64,000 nucleotides of DNA from Candidatus Hecatella orcuttiae (GCA_002011035.2 MTLY02000003.1:160001-224000), one strand, 5' to 3'; shown: positions 1 through 10,154, counted from the stretch's first letter. Translations and numbers: made by a program. Notes: generated by a model from the sequence alone, not told the origin.

Positions 1-225
1 TGGAATGCTCTGAGCCTCCGTGGCTTCTTCGATTTCCTTTTTAACCTTCTTCTGATAGTTGTCGAAGTCTGCTTGAAGATATTTAAGCTGGTTGAGGTAG
101 CCTTCCGCCCGCGCCTTCTCCTCCTCCAAGGCTTTCCTAAGTTTTTCTATTTCTCCCTTCAGCTTTTCAGGGTCCGCTGTTTCGATTTCTTTTTCTTCTT
201 TTTCATGAGGCTCCGAGGAACCCAC
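1..225 (-). CDS. grpE: nucleotide exchange factor GrpE (N-terminal part; runs off window start)
   Basis: Not in ORF track. Manual translation from GTG at 225 gives MGSSEPHEKEEKEIETADPEKLKGEIEKLRKALEEEKARAEGYLNQLKYLQADFDNYQKKVKKE, with the GrpE-like YLQADFDNY motif after a coiled coil. Confidence 0.85.
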   Translation of the reverse strand, partial: MGSSEPHEKEEKEIETADPEKLKGEIEKLRKALEEEKARAEGYLNQLKYLQADFDNYQKKVKKEIEEATEAQSIP

Positions 226-403
226 GGCTTTTTGCTACCCCCTGAAAAGCATTTTTAAAGCGAAAGTTTTCAGCATTTGAAAAACTGCGTTTCCATAATA
301 AGTTTTTCGGGTTTTCAGCCGAAGAGTAGGGTATGAATTTTTAAATCAGCAGCGAGCTTTCTATGCAAATAGAGCTGAGAAAGCTGAAGGAGTGAAATGA
401 AAC

Positions 404-1165
404 TTGTCCAGCGTTAAAATGGAAGAAATGCGTGTTGTGGAAACAGCTCCCTTTGACGTCAAGAAGCAAGCCTTTATCGTCGGGGTTCCGGACGTAGGTT
501 TGGTGGGCCCTATCGCCGCCTCCCACTTAGTCCAGTCGCTGGGTATGACGGAGATAGGATACGTGGAGTCAGATATGCTCCCCCCAGTGGTAATCGTCCA
601 CAAAAACCATCCCAAGCCTCCCTTGAGGCTTTACGGCTCCGGAAGCCTAGCCGTCATGACCACGGAAGTGGCCTTGACTCCCAAGTCTCTCTTCTACCTC
701 ACCCGGGCTCTCACCCGGTGGGCTAAGATGAGGGGGATCGAATTTGTCGTGGGGATGACAGGTCTGGCTATCCCCAACCGAATGGATGTGGAGAAACCCA
801 CCGTTTACGCGGTGGGCTCCACCGACAGTGCTAAAGCTCTCATTAAGAAGGCTGAGATTCCTCCCTTCGACGAGGGGGTTCTTGTGGGAACTTATGCTTT
901 GCTCATCCGAGAGTGCCTCCGGGAAAACCAGCCTAACATCACCCTTCTCGCCGAGTCTCACTTCCAGTTTCCAGACCCTGGAGCTTCGGCCTCCACTATT
1001 CAAAGCCTGAACTCCCTGCTGAACCTCAACATAGGGGTTGAGGAGCTTTTGGAGAAGGCTGAGGAGATAAGGGTGAAAGCTCGGGAGCTCATGAGAAGAA
1101 CTCAAGAGCAGCTGAGAGGCATGCATAAGGTACAGGAGCAAGAGGTCCCGGGAATTTACGTTTAG
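404..1165 (+). CDS. PAC2-family proteasome assembly chaperone (PbaA/PbaB-like)
   Basis: GVPDVGLVGPIAASHL and FPDPGAS motifs; C-terminal IYV is an HbYX motif; TTG start. Confidence 0.85.
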   Translation: MSSVKMEEMRVVETAPFDVKKQAFIVGVPDVGLVGPIAASHLVQSLGMTEIGYVESDMLPPVVIVHKNHPKPPLRLYGSGSLAVMTTEVALTPKSLFYLTRALTRWAKMRGIEFVVGMTGLAIPNRMDVEKPTVYAVGSTDSAKALIKKAEIPPFDEGVLVGTYALLIRECLRENQPNITLLAESHFQFPDPGASASTIQSLNSLLNLNIGVEELLEKAEEIRVKARELMRRTQEQLRGMHKVQEQEVPGIYV

Positions 1166-1177
1166 GGGGGGTCAGCC

Positions 1178-1624
1178 ATGTCAACTAGGAAAAGGCGTTC
1201 CTTTTTCGACCTCTTCGATGAGATCAGAAGCGAAATAGACCGAATGATGAAAGAATTCACCGAAGCCATGCTGCCTGAAACGCCCATGTACGACGTGACC
1301 AAGAAGGAGCTTCAACCCCTCACCAACATCCAAGAAACCGAGGAAAACGTCATCGTCACCATAGACCTGCCCTGCGTCAGAAAGGAAGACATAAAGCTTC
1401 ACATCACAAAAGACAGTCTCAAAGTTGAAGCTCCCACCCGGCAGTGCATTCAATTCGAGCCGTGGGGACCCTTCCAAAGGCAGGTGGAGTTTGAAGTCTT
1501 TCGGAAAATCCTGAAACTACCCACCACCGTGGAAGCCAAGAAAGCTAGGGCCAGGTTCCAAGGCGGCATCTTGGAGGTAACCATCCCCAAAAAGACCGTG
1601 GGCTTCGAGGTGCCCATCGAGTAG
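1178..1624 (+). CDS. small heat shock protein Hsp20
   Basis: Alpha-crystallin domain (DLPCVRKEDI, ARFQGGILEVTIPK) with a C-terminal VPI motif. Confidence 0.9.
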   Translation: MSTRKRRSFFDLFDEIRSEIDRMMKEFTEAMLPETPMYDVTKKELQPLTNIQETEENVIVTIDLPCVRKEDIKLHITKDSLKVEAPTRQCIQFEPWGPFQRQVEFEVFRKILKLPTTVEAKKARARFQGGILEVTIPKKTVGFEVPIE

Positions 1625-1681
1625 AAGGCCATCCTCCGGCAGCAGGCTCTGCCTTAAAAAGCCTCGGATCGAGCAGCGGGG

Positions 1682-2785
1682 ATGATGATGGTTCAAAAAA
1701 GGAGACAGGTCACCTACAGGGAAGCCGGCGTAGACATCGAAGCTGAGGAAGAGGCCCTCAGAGAAGTTGTGAAAAAATGCCATGAAAGCTTCGTCTTCCG
1801 AAAAGGACCCGGCAGCGCTGTTATCCCCATTTCCCACTTCTCCGGCGTCGTCAAAATTTCCGAGAAACTGGGCTTGGCTGTGAAGACCGACGGAGTGGGA
1901 TCCAAGGTTCTTATCGCCCAGCTTATGGAGAAATACGACACCGTGGGCATCGACTGCGTGGCCATGAACGTGAACGACGTAGTCTGCGTGGGAGCGGAGC
2001 CCCTCTCCTTCGTCGACTACATCGCCGTTCAAAAGCCGGACCCGCTGCTTTTAAAGGAGATAGCCTCAGGCCTCGTGGAGGGAGCCAGAAGGGCGAAGGT
2101 GGCCATCGTGGGGGGTGAAATAGCTCAGCTTCCAGAAATCATCCAAGGTAGCGTGGAAGGCAGAGGATTCGACTTAGCTGGCATGTGCATCGGCCTCCTG
2201 CCCCTGAATCGCCTGCTTTCAGGGGAAGCTGTTAGGGAAGGCGATGTGGTCGTAGGGTTTGAAAGCTCAGGCATCCACAGCAACGGTCTAACCTTGGCTA
2301 GGAAAGTTCTCCTAGAAAAGGCTAAACTCAGCCTCTTCAAGCCTGCGGAAGGACTTGACAGGCCCTTGGGGGAAGAACTGCTCGAGCCCACCCGCATCTA
2401 TGTGGCGGAGGCTCTGGAAATGCTAGATTCGGGCCTCCAGGTTAAGGCTATGGCTCACATCACCGGAAAAGGCCTCCTAAACCTAGGGAGGATAGGTGGA
2501 GATTGCGGTTTCCTCATCGAAAACCTACCCCCTCCTCCCCCCATCTTTAACCTCATCCAAAGCAGTGGAAAGGTGGCTGAGGAGGAAATGTACCGGGTCT
2601 TCAACATGGGAATAGGTTTCTGCGCGGTGATTCCTAAGGAAGAAGTTGATTTAGCGTTAAAAATAGCGGAAAAACACGGTGGAAGAGCTCATCTTCTAGG
2701 AAAAGCTGTAAAAGACCCTGAAAGGAGGATCCGAATAAAACCCAAGCGGTTGGTTGGCGTTAGAGGGAGATTTGAGAAATATTAG
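1682..2785 (+). CDS. purM: phosphoribosylformylglycinamidine cyclo-ligase
   Basis: TYREAGVDI, TDGVGSK, DCVAMNVND, SSGIHSNG, AHITG and FNMGIG motifs. Confidence 0.95.
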   Translation: MMMVQKRRQVTYREAGVDIEAEEEALREVVKKCHESFVFRKGPGSAVIPISHFSGVVKISEKLGLAVKTDGVGSKVLIAQLMEKYDTVGIDCVAMNVNDVVCVGAEPLSFVDYIAVQKPDPLLLKEIASGLVEGARRAKVAIVGGEIAQLPEIIQGSVEGRGFDLAGMCIGLLPLNRLLSGEAVREGDVVVGFESSGIHSNGLTLARKVLLEKAKLSLFKPAEGLDRPLGEELLEPTRIYVAEALEMLDSGLQVKAMAHITGKGLLNLGRIGGDCGFLIENLPPPPPIFNLIQSSGKVAEEEMYRVFNMGIGFCAVIPKEEVDLALKIAEKHGGRAHLLGKAVKDPERRIRIKPKRLVGVRGRFEKY

Positions 2786-2877
2786 CTTCTGTAAGGAAGA
2801 AGTCCTTCCCAGCCGGATTATCAAAAATCTTATATTTCTAGGCCCGATTAAAAAACAGTTTAACGGAGGTAGTTTCC

Positions 2878-3957
2878 TTGGCTGAGATAAGAGTCGCTAT
2901 AGCCGGTGTCGGCAACTGCGCTTCTTCCTTAGTCCAAGGAGTCTACTACTACAGAAACGTAAGTGATGATGAAAAAGTTTTAGGTCTCATGCACACGGTT
3001 TTCGGAGGATACAGAATCGGAGACATACGGTTTGTAGCAGCCTTCGACGTGGACCCCAGAAAAATCGGAAAAGACCTCTCCCAAGCCATCTTCTCCGCGC
3101 CCAACTGTACCCTGAAGTTCTCCGATGTCCCATACTTGGGGGTACCGGTTCAACCAGCGCCTATGCTGGATGGTGTGGCACCTCACATGATGGAAAGCTT
3201 CGGGCTTAAGGACGACGACCCCGTGGAGCCCGTGGAGATCGTTGATGTCCTGAGAGCTTCGGAGGCTGATATGCTGATCAACTATCTTCCCGTAGGCAGC
3301 CGACAGGCTACGCAGTATTATGCGGAAGCCGCGCTTAAAGCTGGCTGCGGATTCGTCAACGCCATACCGGAGTTCATAGCCTCCAGTCCAGAATGGGTGA
3401 AAAGGTACGAGGAAGTAGGCTTGCCGCTGGCTGGCGATGACATCAAAAGCCAAGTGGGTGCGACTATCATCCATAGGACCTTAGTGGAGCTTTTGGAGAG
3501 CAGAGGCGTCAAAGTGGATGAAACCTATCAGCTGAACATCGGGGGAAACACCGACTTCCTCAACATGACGGTGGAGGATCGCTTGGCTAGGAAGAGGATA
3601 AGCAAAACCGAGGCGGTTACAAGTCTTCTCCCCTACGAAATACCTGTGCGGATAGGCCCCTCCGACTACGTGCCTTTCCTCAACGACCAGAAAATATGTT
3701 ACCTCCACATTAAGGGGAAGAAGTTCGGCGGCGCCTCCATTACGGTGGACCTGAAACTTGCGGTGGAGGACTCTCCAAACAGCGCTGGAGTCATGGTCGA
3801 TGTGATTCGGGCGATGAAGTTGGGGTTAGACAGGGAGTTAGGCGGAGTCTTAACCAGCATCTCAGCCTACGCCTTTAAACATCCACCTCAACAGGTTCCA
3901 GACCATCAAGCCAGAGTGTGGGTGGAGGAATTCATCCAAGGTAAAAGACAGCGGTGA
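2878..3957 (+). CDS. ino1: myo-inositol-1-phosphate synthase
   Basis: GVGNCASSLVQG, GDDIKSQVGAT, QLNIGGNTDFLN and DSPNSAG motifs. Confidence 0.95.
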   Translation: MAEIRVAIAGVGNCASSLVQGVYYYRNVSDDEKVLGLMHTVFGGYRIGDIRFVAAFDVDPRKIGKDLSQAIFSAPNCTLKFSDVPYLGVPVQPAPMLDGVAPHMMESFGLKDDDPVEPVEIVDVLRASEADMLINYLPVGSRQATQYYAEAALKAGCGFVNAIPEFIASSPEWVKRYEEVGLPLAGDDIKSQVGATIIHRTLVELLESRGVKVDETYQLNIGGNTDFLNMTVEDRLARKRISKTEAVTSLLPYEIPVRIGPSDYVPFLNDQKICYLHIKGKKFGGASITVDLKLAVEDSPNSAGVMVDVIRAMKLGLDRELGGVLTSISAYAFKHPPQQVPDHQARVWVEEFIQGKRQR

Positions 3958-4078
3958 AAACTCCGCTGTTAGATTCACCTCACCTACACCACCCTAGGGA
4001 AGTTTGACTCAGCTTTCAAGAAGCGATAGTGTAGTGTAGGGTTTAATCTTTAAATTCTTCATCCAACCATGTCGAAGG

Positions 4079-5248
4079 ATGATGATACCTTCAACCGTCA
4101 GGGTGGCTACGGGTCTATACTGTAACTGGGATTCTTTCGTCAGAGTAGACAGTCAGGTTCTTCGCTGGGTTGAGAACTTGCAAAAAGTAAAACCGCAAGC
4201 CGTTGTTTTAAAGTCCTTGGAAGAAGCTGTATACACTCTGCAAAAAGCTTTCAGGGAAGGAGGAAGGGAGTTCCTCATATCCCGGGAACTCTACTCTTCT
4301 CTTGATTCTCTTTTTAAGAGGAGGGAGAAAAGAGTTGGAGGCAACGGTTACCATATGGGTAAAGTTTTGTTCGACCTAGGTCTTAGGCCGTTGGTATCCT
4401 ACCCTTGCCGGCCTCCCAACCTCATGCGGGCTTCCCCGGCTTTCAAGATAGCTTGTGGAAAAGAATTCAAATTGCCTGAGGAGGCAGTACGGGTCGGGGA
4501 CCCGGAATACGACCACATCGTCTTCGAGTTTACAGAAGACCCTTCTCTAGGGGTTTTCTTAGAAGGGCGCCATATACTCTCCTGGGACAGGATGTCTTCG
4601 GAGGGAAAATTTGACTACGACTTTCTGGAGCATGCCTCCGACCGGAGGTTCGTGGACGTTCTGATTCTCGCCTACGCCCATCTTCTTCTCCCAGATTTCA
4701 AAAAGAAAACCGACGAGGTAGTTGACTACTTGGACGGTTCGAGGAGGCCAAAAGTGCACTTGGAACTGGGTCAAGGTTCGGAGGAGGCTTTAACCTATGC
4801 CCTAAAAAAGTTCACAGACTATCACTGCGTAGACTCTCTAGGTCTTAACGAGAAAGAATGCGCAGACTTCCTGAAGGCTTCTTCAGGAAGACCTGAAGAC
4901 CTAGCTGAAGCTGCATTGGAGGCCGCTAAGCTCTATGGTGTGGACAGAGTCTGCGTTCACTCATCCTCCTTCGCCCTATCCGTATCGAAGTACAGCTTAG
5001 ACAGGGAAGCGGAAGCCTTGACCACAGGCCGTTTGGTCGCCGCGGCTAAAACCTTCGGTCTTCCCTTCGAAGAAAGTCTGAATTCAGCTGCTGGTCTTCC
5101 CTGCTCAGAGGTTAAGCCGAGAAAAGAGAAGAGAGACGGCTACAGCCTCTGCCTCATTCCCGCTCTCATAAACAGGAACCCAAAGGTTTTAACAGGCCTA
5201 GGAGACGCCTTCGCTGCTTCTCAGTCAGTCAAGGCGCTTATTCCCTAA
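4079..5248 (+). CDS. ADP-dependent glucokinase/phosphofructokinase family protein
   Basis: NWD, VGGNG, HIVFEF, HLELG, SLGLNEKE, VH and LTGLGD motifs of ADP-dependent sugar kinases. Confidence 0.8.
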   Translation: MMIPSTVRVATGLYCNWDSFVRVDSQVLRWVENLQKVKPQAVVLKSLEEAVYTLQKAFREGGREFLISRELYSSLDSLFKRREKRVGGNGYHMGKVLFDLGLRPLVSYPCRPPNLMRASPAFKIACGKEFKLPEEAVRVGDPEYDHIVFEFTEDPSLGVFLEGRHILSWDRMSSEGKFDYDFLEHASDRRFVDVLILAYAHLLLPDFKKKTDEVVDYLDGSRRPKVHLELGQGSEEALTYALKKFTDYHCVDSLGLNEKECADFLKASSGRPEDLAEAALEAAKLYGVDRVCVHSSSFALSVSKYSLDREAEALTTGRLVAAAKTFGLPFEESLNSAAGLPCSEVKPRKEKRDGYSLCLIPALINRNPKVLTGLGDAFAASQSVKALIP

Positions 5249-5250
5249 AG

Positions 5251-5712
5251 ATGAAGGGCTTTGTTCGCAGTGTGGTAAAATTATATGCCGGGAGGTTTTA
5301 TTCCAAAATTATGGAAGCTTCGGGTACAGGTATATTGACAGCGTCCGCTGGAAAGGGAAGAACCGCTGCGAACAGCGTAGGCATCTTCATGGAAAGAGGA
5401 GCAGTTCTCTGCATCTTTGGCAGAGAATCTCCCCATGTGGGTGCTGTAGCTTTGGCTGTCCCTCGGCCGAGTTTGAAGGATCCTCGTAGGCTGAGTGCAA
5501 CTTCCTCGGTGCTCACGGTAGTCGGCCATAAGGAAGATGAAATAGTTAAACCTCTTTCAGAGGAAGCCGCCAAGAAGCTTAACCTCACCACAGTAGTTGT
5601 GGCAGGTCTTCACGTGGAGAAAGCCTCAGACCGGGACATCGAAGCCTTAAAAGAAAACGCTAAGCTGAGCGCAGAAAAACTCGTGAAAACCTTCATGAGA
5701 CGTTGGAAATAA
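5251..5712 (+). CDS. LpdD-like small protein (start may lie downstream)
   Basis: PHVGAVA...GHKED...VVAGLH pattern of LpdD/prenylated-flavin chaperone-like proteins. Confidence 0.65.
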   Translation: MKGFVRSVVKLYAGRFYSKIMEASGTGILTASAGKGRTAANSVGIFMERGAVLCIFGRESPHVGAVALAVPRPSLKDPRRLSATSSVLTVVGHKEDEIVKPLSEEAAKKLNLTTVVVAGLHVEKASDRDIEALKENAKLSAEKLVKTFMRRWK

Positions 5713-5751
5713 AAAGACAACCCTGCCGGGCGACCCCGGCGGGAGCTAGGG

Positions 5752-6168
5752 TTATTTCTCCATCAGGCTTGTGAATGTGTCGTGGTGGTTTTCTTCATCC
5801 TCCAGTATCTTTCTGAAAATTCTCGCCGTGGTCACATCTTCTTCATTCTGCGCCGTTTTAATTATCTGCTTGTAAAGCCGGATTGCTCCTTCTTCGTCTT
5901 TTATATCTTGTTTTATCATTTCTTTAAGGGTTTTTCCGACAAAGATGGGCTTAGGTTTGGTTGTAGGTTTTCCTCCCAAGTAAGCCAGTCTTTCAGCGAT
6001 TTCTTCAGCGTGCTTCATCTCGGTTATAGCTATGCTTCTCAGCTCATCCTTCACGGCGAAACCTTCTACCCCCGCCCAGAGGATATGCTGCCACATATAC
6101 TGGATTGATACCTGTAACTCTCTTGCCACTGCTTCATTCAACAAATCCAGCAATTTTTTTGATACCAT
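5752..6168 (-). CDS. ferritin-like (bacterioferritin-related) di-iron protein
   Basis: EL...QY, EMKHAE, DEEGAI.Y and DEENH di-iron ligands. Confidence 0.9.
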   Translation of the reverse strand: MVSKKLLDLLNEAVARELQVSIQYMWQHILWAGVEGFAVKDELRSIAITEMKHAEEIAERLAYLGGKPTTKPKPIFVGKTLKEMIKQDIKDEEGAIRLYKQIIKTAQNEEDVTTARIFRKILEDEENHHDTFTSLMEK

Positions 6169-6334
6169 ATTCTAACCTCACCTTATACTCCGAAATAGGC
6201 GCGATTTGTTTTTAAGATTTTCTATCACCTGCCCGCAACAAAGATAATCAAGCAGAAAGACTCCTCTCCTGGAGTGAAAGATAATAATCCCCGCCGCTTA
6301 ATATACTCCAAGGAAGCATATTCGAGGTTTCACC

Positions 6335-6754
6335 ATGGTCTATAGAAGGCTTTCCGTCGTAGACGTCGACCTCTGTGTAGGCTGCCAGTGTTGCATGTTT
6401 GCTTGCAACAGAAGGTTTGCCGAAGCAGGTCTATCTAGGTCGGCAATTCACGTCAGATCTGCTGGAGGGTTTGAAAGAGGCTTCGTGGTAACGGTTTGCA
6501 GAGCCTGCCCAGATCCCCCTTGCATGAAGGTTTGCCCCACCAACGCTTTGGAGCTCAGAAAACATGGGGGCGTCATTCTCAAGCCGGAAAAGTGCATCGG
6601 ATGCCAGAACTGTGTTGAAGCCTGCACCATCGGGGCTATCTTCTGGAATAAAGTTGAAGCCAAGCCTGTTATCTGCGTCTATTGCGGCTACTGCGCTGAC
6701 TTCTGCGCCTTCGGGGTTCTGAAAGCTGAACCCTTGGAGGGGGAAAAGAAATGA
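6335..6754 (+). CDS. 4Fe-4S dicluster protein, partner of the adjacent AOR
   Basis: Four Cys clusters (CVGCQCC, CRAC...C...CP, CIGCQNC, CVYCGYC); overlaps the AOR start. Confidence 0.9.
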   Translation: MVYRRLSVVDVDLCVGCQCCMFACNRRFAEAGLSRSAIHVRSAGGFERGFVVTVCRACPDPPCMKVCPTNALELRKHGGVILKPEKCIGCQNCVEACTIGAIFWNKVEAKPVICVYCGYCADFCAFGVLKAEPLEGEKK

Positions 6755-8514
6755 TGGAAGAAGATTCCCTCAGCCGGATTCTCTATGTGGATCTGTCAAG
6801 GCGGAGGTTCTGGGTTAAGGAAAGGCCTGAGCTTTTTGAAAAGTGGCTGGGGGGCGCAGGAGTCGCCATCCAACTGCTCAAGGAAGAATGCCCCAAGGAT
6901 GCTGACCCCTTCGGTCCGGAAAACCCTGTGATTTTCGCCGTGGGCCCCTTGAACGGGCTTTTTCCAATAGCCTCCAAAACCGCAGCCATGTTTAAGTCTC
7001 CTCTCACAGGCAATCTGGGTGAAAGTTATGCGGGAGGCAGAAGCTCCATCGCCCTACGGATGGCCGGCTACGGTGCGTTGGTGATTAAAGGCTCCAGCGA
7101 AACACCTGTTTACCTTGCAGTTCACGAGGAGGATGTCCATTTCAGGGAAGCTTCAGTCCTTTGGGGAATGCGCAGCAGCTACACGGTTGGGCGGGTGATA
7201 AGAGGAAGGGAGCCGGCGGCTGGAGTGAGAACCATCATGCGCATCGGGAGAGCAGGGGAAAAACTAGTTTCCTACGCCTGCCTGGTCACCGAAACCTACA
7301 GACATTTCGGCAGACTGGGGCTGGGAGCAGTCTTCGGCAGCAAAAAGCTGAAAGCCTTAACCATCTCCGGAAAGCGTTCCTTCAAGTTCAAGAAACCCCG
7401 ACAGTACCGGGAGGTCTACGACAAAATCTTCGAGCAACTTGTCACATCTCCCGCGATGAAAAAATACCATGAACTGGGCACGGCTATGAACATCGGCCCG
7501 CTGAACGAGATGAAAGCTCTGCCCACCAAAAACCTGTCATCGGCTTCGTTTGAAAAGGCAGAGGACATCTCGGGGGAAAGTTTTGCTGAAAAATATCTAG
7601 GCCGAAGGGTGGCCTGCGCCCACTGCCCTGTTAGCTGCGTCCACATCGCTGCCTTGAGGGAACCCTACGAAACTGAGCCCTACTTCTACAAGACCAAGAT
7701 GATCTCCTACGACTACGAGCTTATCTACGCCTTGGGTTCCATGCTTGAGATACCTTCTCCACCAGAGGTTCTGAAACTTATCGACGAAGTGGAAACCTTC
7801 GGCTTGGACGCCATGAGCACCGGTGTAGCCTTGGCTTGGGCGACGGAAATGCAGGAAAGAGGATTGATAACAGAGACAGAGCTCTCCGGCCTCAGGCTGA
7901 GATGGGGCGACGCTGAAGCCTATACTAAGGCCATTCAGATGCTGGTGGAGCAGCCCAACGATTTCTTTCGAGCCTTAGCCCGCGGTGTCGACTACGCTTC
8001 TTTAAAGTACGGAGGCTCGGAGTATGCTCTAGCCTTCGGAGGTAATGAGATGCCCGGCTACCACACCGGCCCGGCGGCGCATGTAGGCTATCTTGTGGGC
8101 GCGCGTCACAGCCACCTAGACGGCAGTGGGTACAGTATCGACCAAAAGTGGAGCGCGGCTGGAAGACAGCCTACAGCGGAGGATGTTGCAGCTGCCCTGA
8201 TCTCGGAGGAGATATGGCGGCAGATACTTTCCAGCCTTGTAATATGCTATTTTGGCAGAGGAGTCTACACGCAGGAAATCGTGGTTGAAGCTCTGAATGT
8301 AGCTGGGTATCCGGTGAGCTACCAAGAGTTGATGAAACTGGGGGCTGAGATCCTGAAAGCCAAGTATGAGTTCAAGTTCAGTCAAGGCTTCAGCTTCGAG
8401 GGGCTGAAGGTGCCAAAACGAGTTTTAGAGACGCCTACTCCCTTGGGCTTTATTTCCGAGGACTTTATCAGAGAAAGTGTAAACCTTTACAGGAGAAAAC
8501 TGGAAAGCTTATGA
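6751..8514 (+). CDS. tungsten aldehyde:ferredoxin oxidoreductase family protein
   Basis: KSPLTG, GRLGLGAVFGSKKLKA, CAHCPVSC, DYE, GLDAMS motifs. Confidence 0.9.
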   Translation: MMEEDSLSRILYVDLSRRRFWVKERPELFEKWLGGAGVAIQLLKEECPKDADPFGPENPVIFAVGPLNGLFPIASKTAAMFKSPLTGNLGESYAGGRSSIALRMAGYGALVIKGSSETPVYLAVHEEDVHFREASVLWGMRSSYTVGRVIRGREPAAGVRTIMRIGRAGEKLVSYACLVTETYRHFGRLGLGAVFGSKKLKALTISGKRSFKFKKPRQYREVYDKIFEQLVTSPAMKKYHELGTAMNIGPLNEMKALPTKNLSSASFEKAEDISGESFAEKYLGRRVACAHCPVSCVHIAALREPYETEPYFYKTKMISYDYELIYALGSMLEIPSPPEVLKLIDEVETFGLDAMSTGVALAWATEMQERGLITETELSGLRLRWGDAEAYTKAIQMLVEQPNDFFRALARGVDYASLKYGGSEYALAFGGNEMPGYHTGPAAHVGYLVGARHSHLDGSGYSIDQKWSAAGRQPTAEDVAAALISEEIWRQILSSLVICYFGRGVYTQEIVVEALNVAGYPVSYQELMKLGAEILKAKYEFKFSQGFSFEGLKVPKRVLETPTPLGFISEDFIRESVNLYRRKLESL

Positions 8515-8613
8515 GGGCGTCGAGGCTTAAACGGCTTGGTTGGTGGAAAAGATTTATGGGCAGCCAAGCATCTGTGAATACACTTTGCAAGGCAGGATTG
8601 AGGGGGAGAAAAA

Positions 8614-9246
8614 TTGACATCCGCAGAAACCTATGAGTACCTGCTGCCCTTGGAAAGCTTGGTGGTTTCAGGCATTCAGATAGGCACGAAAATCAAAACC
8701 AAGCATATGGAGCCCTACATCTACAGGGTGAGGCCTGACGGCCTGTTCATCATCGACACCCGAAAAACCGATGAAAGAGTCAGGATAGCAGCTAAATTTA
8801 TGGCTACTTTTCCCCCCAGCAGTATAGCTGTGGTTTCCTTTCGTCTCTACGGGCAGACGCCTGTGGCTAAATTCTGCGAAGTAACAGGTTGCGTTCCTAT
8901 CTTAGGACGGTTCCCCCCAGGCGCTTTCACTAACCCCCTCTGCCCCAGCTACATGGAGCCTCAGCTGGTGATGGTCACAGACCCTGCTGCCGATGAGCAG
9001 GCGATAGGGGAAGCATCCAAGATCGGCTTGCCTGTCATCGCCCTCTGTGACACCGACAATGTTGTTGAGAACATCGACCTCGTCATCCCCACCAACAACA
9101 AAGGGAGGAAAGCCTTGGCCATGGTTTACTGGCTTCTAGCCAGACAGGTTCTACGGGAGAGAGGGGCTATCTCCACGGACGGCAACCTCTCGGTGCCAGT
9201 TGAAGATTTCGAGACCAAGCTTACCGAGAGTAAGGAAGAAACTTAG
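8614..9246 (+). CDS. rps2: 30S ribosomal protein S2 (uS2)
   Basis: GRFPPGAFTNP, DTDN and PTNNKGRKAL motifs. Confidence 0.97.
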   Translation: MTSAETYEYLLPLESLVVSGIQIGTKIKTKHMEPYIYRVRPDGLFIIDTRKTDERVRIAAKFMATFPPSSIAVVSFRLYGQTPVAKFCEVTGCVPILGRFPPGAFTNPLCPSYMEPQLVMVTDPAADEQAIGEASKIGLPVIALCDTDNVVENIDLVIPTNNKGRKALAMVYWLLARQVLRERGAISTDGNLSVPVEDFETKLTESKEET

Positions 9247-9376
9247 TCGTCAGGGGCAAACCGCGGCTTCCAGCTTTTTGGTGCTTGTTGCTTCTTTTCC
9301 GGGTTAGAGTCTCTGGTTAAATATAAATACTTGTAATACTTTCAGGTTAACAAGTAATATCATGCCGGGTTGAAAA

Positions 9377-10063
9377 TTGGAAGCAGAACTGCTTTTAGTT
9401 CTTTCCCTCGGTTTTGTGCTGGGATTAGAACATTCAGCCGACGCAGACCATGTAGTGGCAGTGTCCACCATCGTTAGCAAGAACAAAAGTCTAGTGAAGT
9501 CTTCGATCCTCGGCACCTTGTGGGGAGTCGGACATACCTTCACCCTGTTGGTGGCAGGATTCACCGTTTTACTCTTCAAAGTTACCCTATCCGACATGAT
9601 GAGATTTCCGTTCGAATTTGCCGTGGGAATCATGCTGGTGGCGCTGGGGGTTTCAGTCCTCAGAAGAAGCCTATGGGACAGGGTTCATTTCCACCGCCAC
9701 ACCCATGGTGCGCAGTCACACATTCATCTCCACTCCCACAGAGCTGGGGAAAGCCACGACCATAAACACACGCCGCTCCTCATAGGCATGATTCACGGCT
9801 TAGCGGGAAGCGCTGTGTTGCTTCTGTTGGTGCTTTCAACTCTGGATTCCCTGTTCCTCGGCTTGGTGTACATCCTCGTTTTCGGGGTGGGTTCCATCTT
9901 AGGCATGATGGGCTTGAGCGCCGTCATCAGCCTGCCCTTCATACTTTCAGCTGAACGCTCCGCAAAGCTGAACCGGTGTCTGAGGGCTATGTCAGGCTTC
10001 TTGAGCATCGGGCTGGGAATTCTAATAGTCCTAAAGGAGTTGAATCTAGTAGGAGTCTTCTAG
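9377..10063 (+). CDS. UreH/NiCoT-like nickel/cobalt transporter
   Basis: HSADADHVVAV, WGVGH, His-rich loop (HFHRHTHGAQSHIHLHSH), GMIHGLAGS; about 6 TM segments. Confidence 0.85.
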   Translation: MEAELLLVLSLGFVLGLEHSADADHVVAVSTIVSKNKSLVKSSILGTLWGVGHTFTLLVAGFTVLLFKVTLSDMMRFPFEFAVGIMLVALGVSVLRRSLWDRVHFHRHTHGAQSHIHLHSHRAGESHDHKHTPLLIGMIHGLAGSAVLLLLVLSTLDSLFLGLVYILVFGVGSILGMMGLSAVISLPFILSAERSAKLNRCLRAMSGFLSIGLGILIVLKELNLVGVF

Positions 10064-10154
10064 ACAGGCTGGGATAGGCCGCCATATTTAATTGGAGAAC
10101 AGTTTTATATTCGCCAGTTTTCTTTTCGTTAGAAAGGGACGGAGGTTAGAAATT

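Noticed and set aside
73-258. 61-aa plus-strand Phe-rich ORF
   Set aside because: Antisense to grpE.
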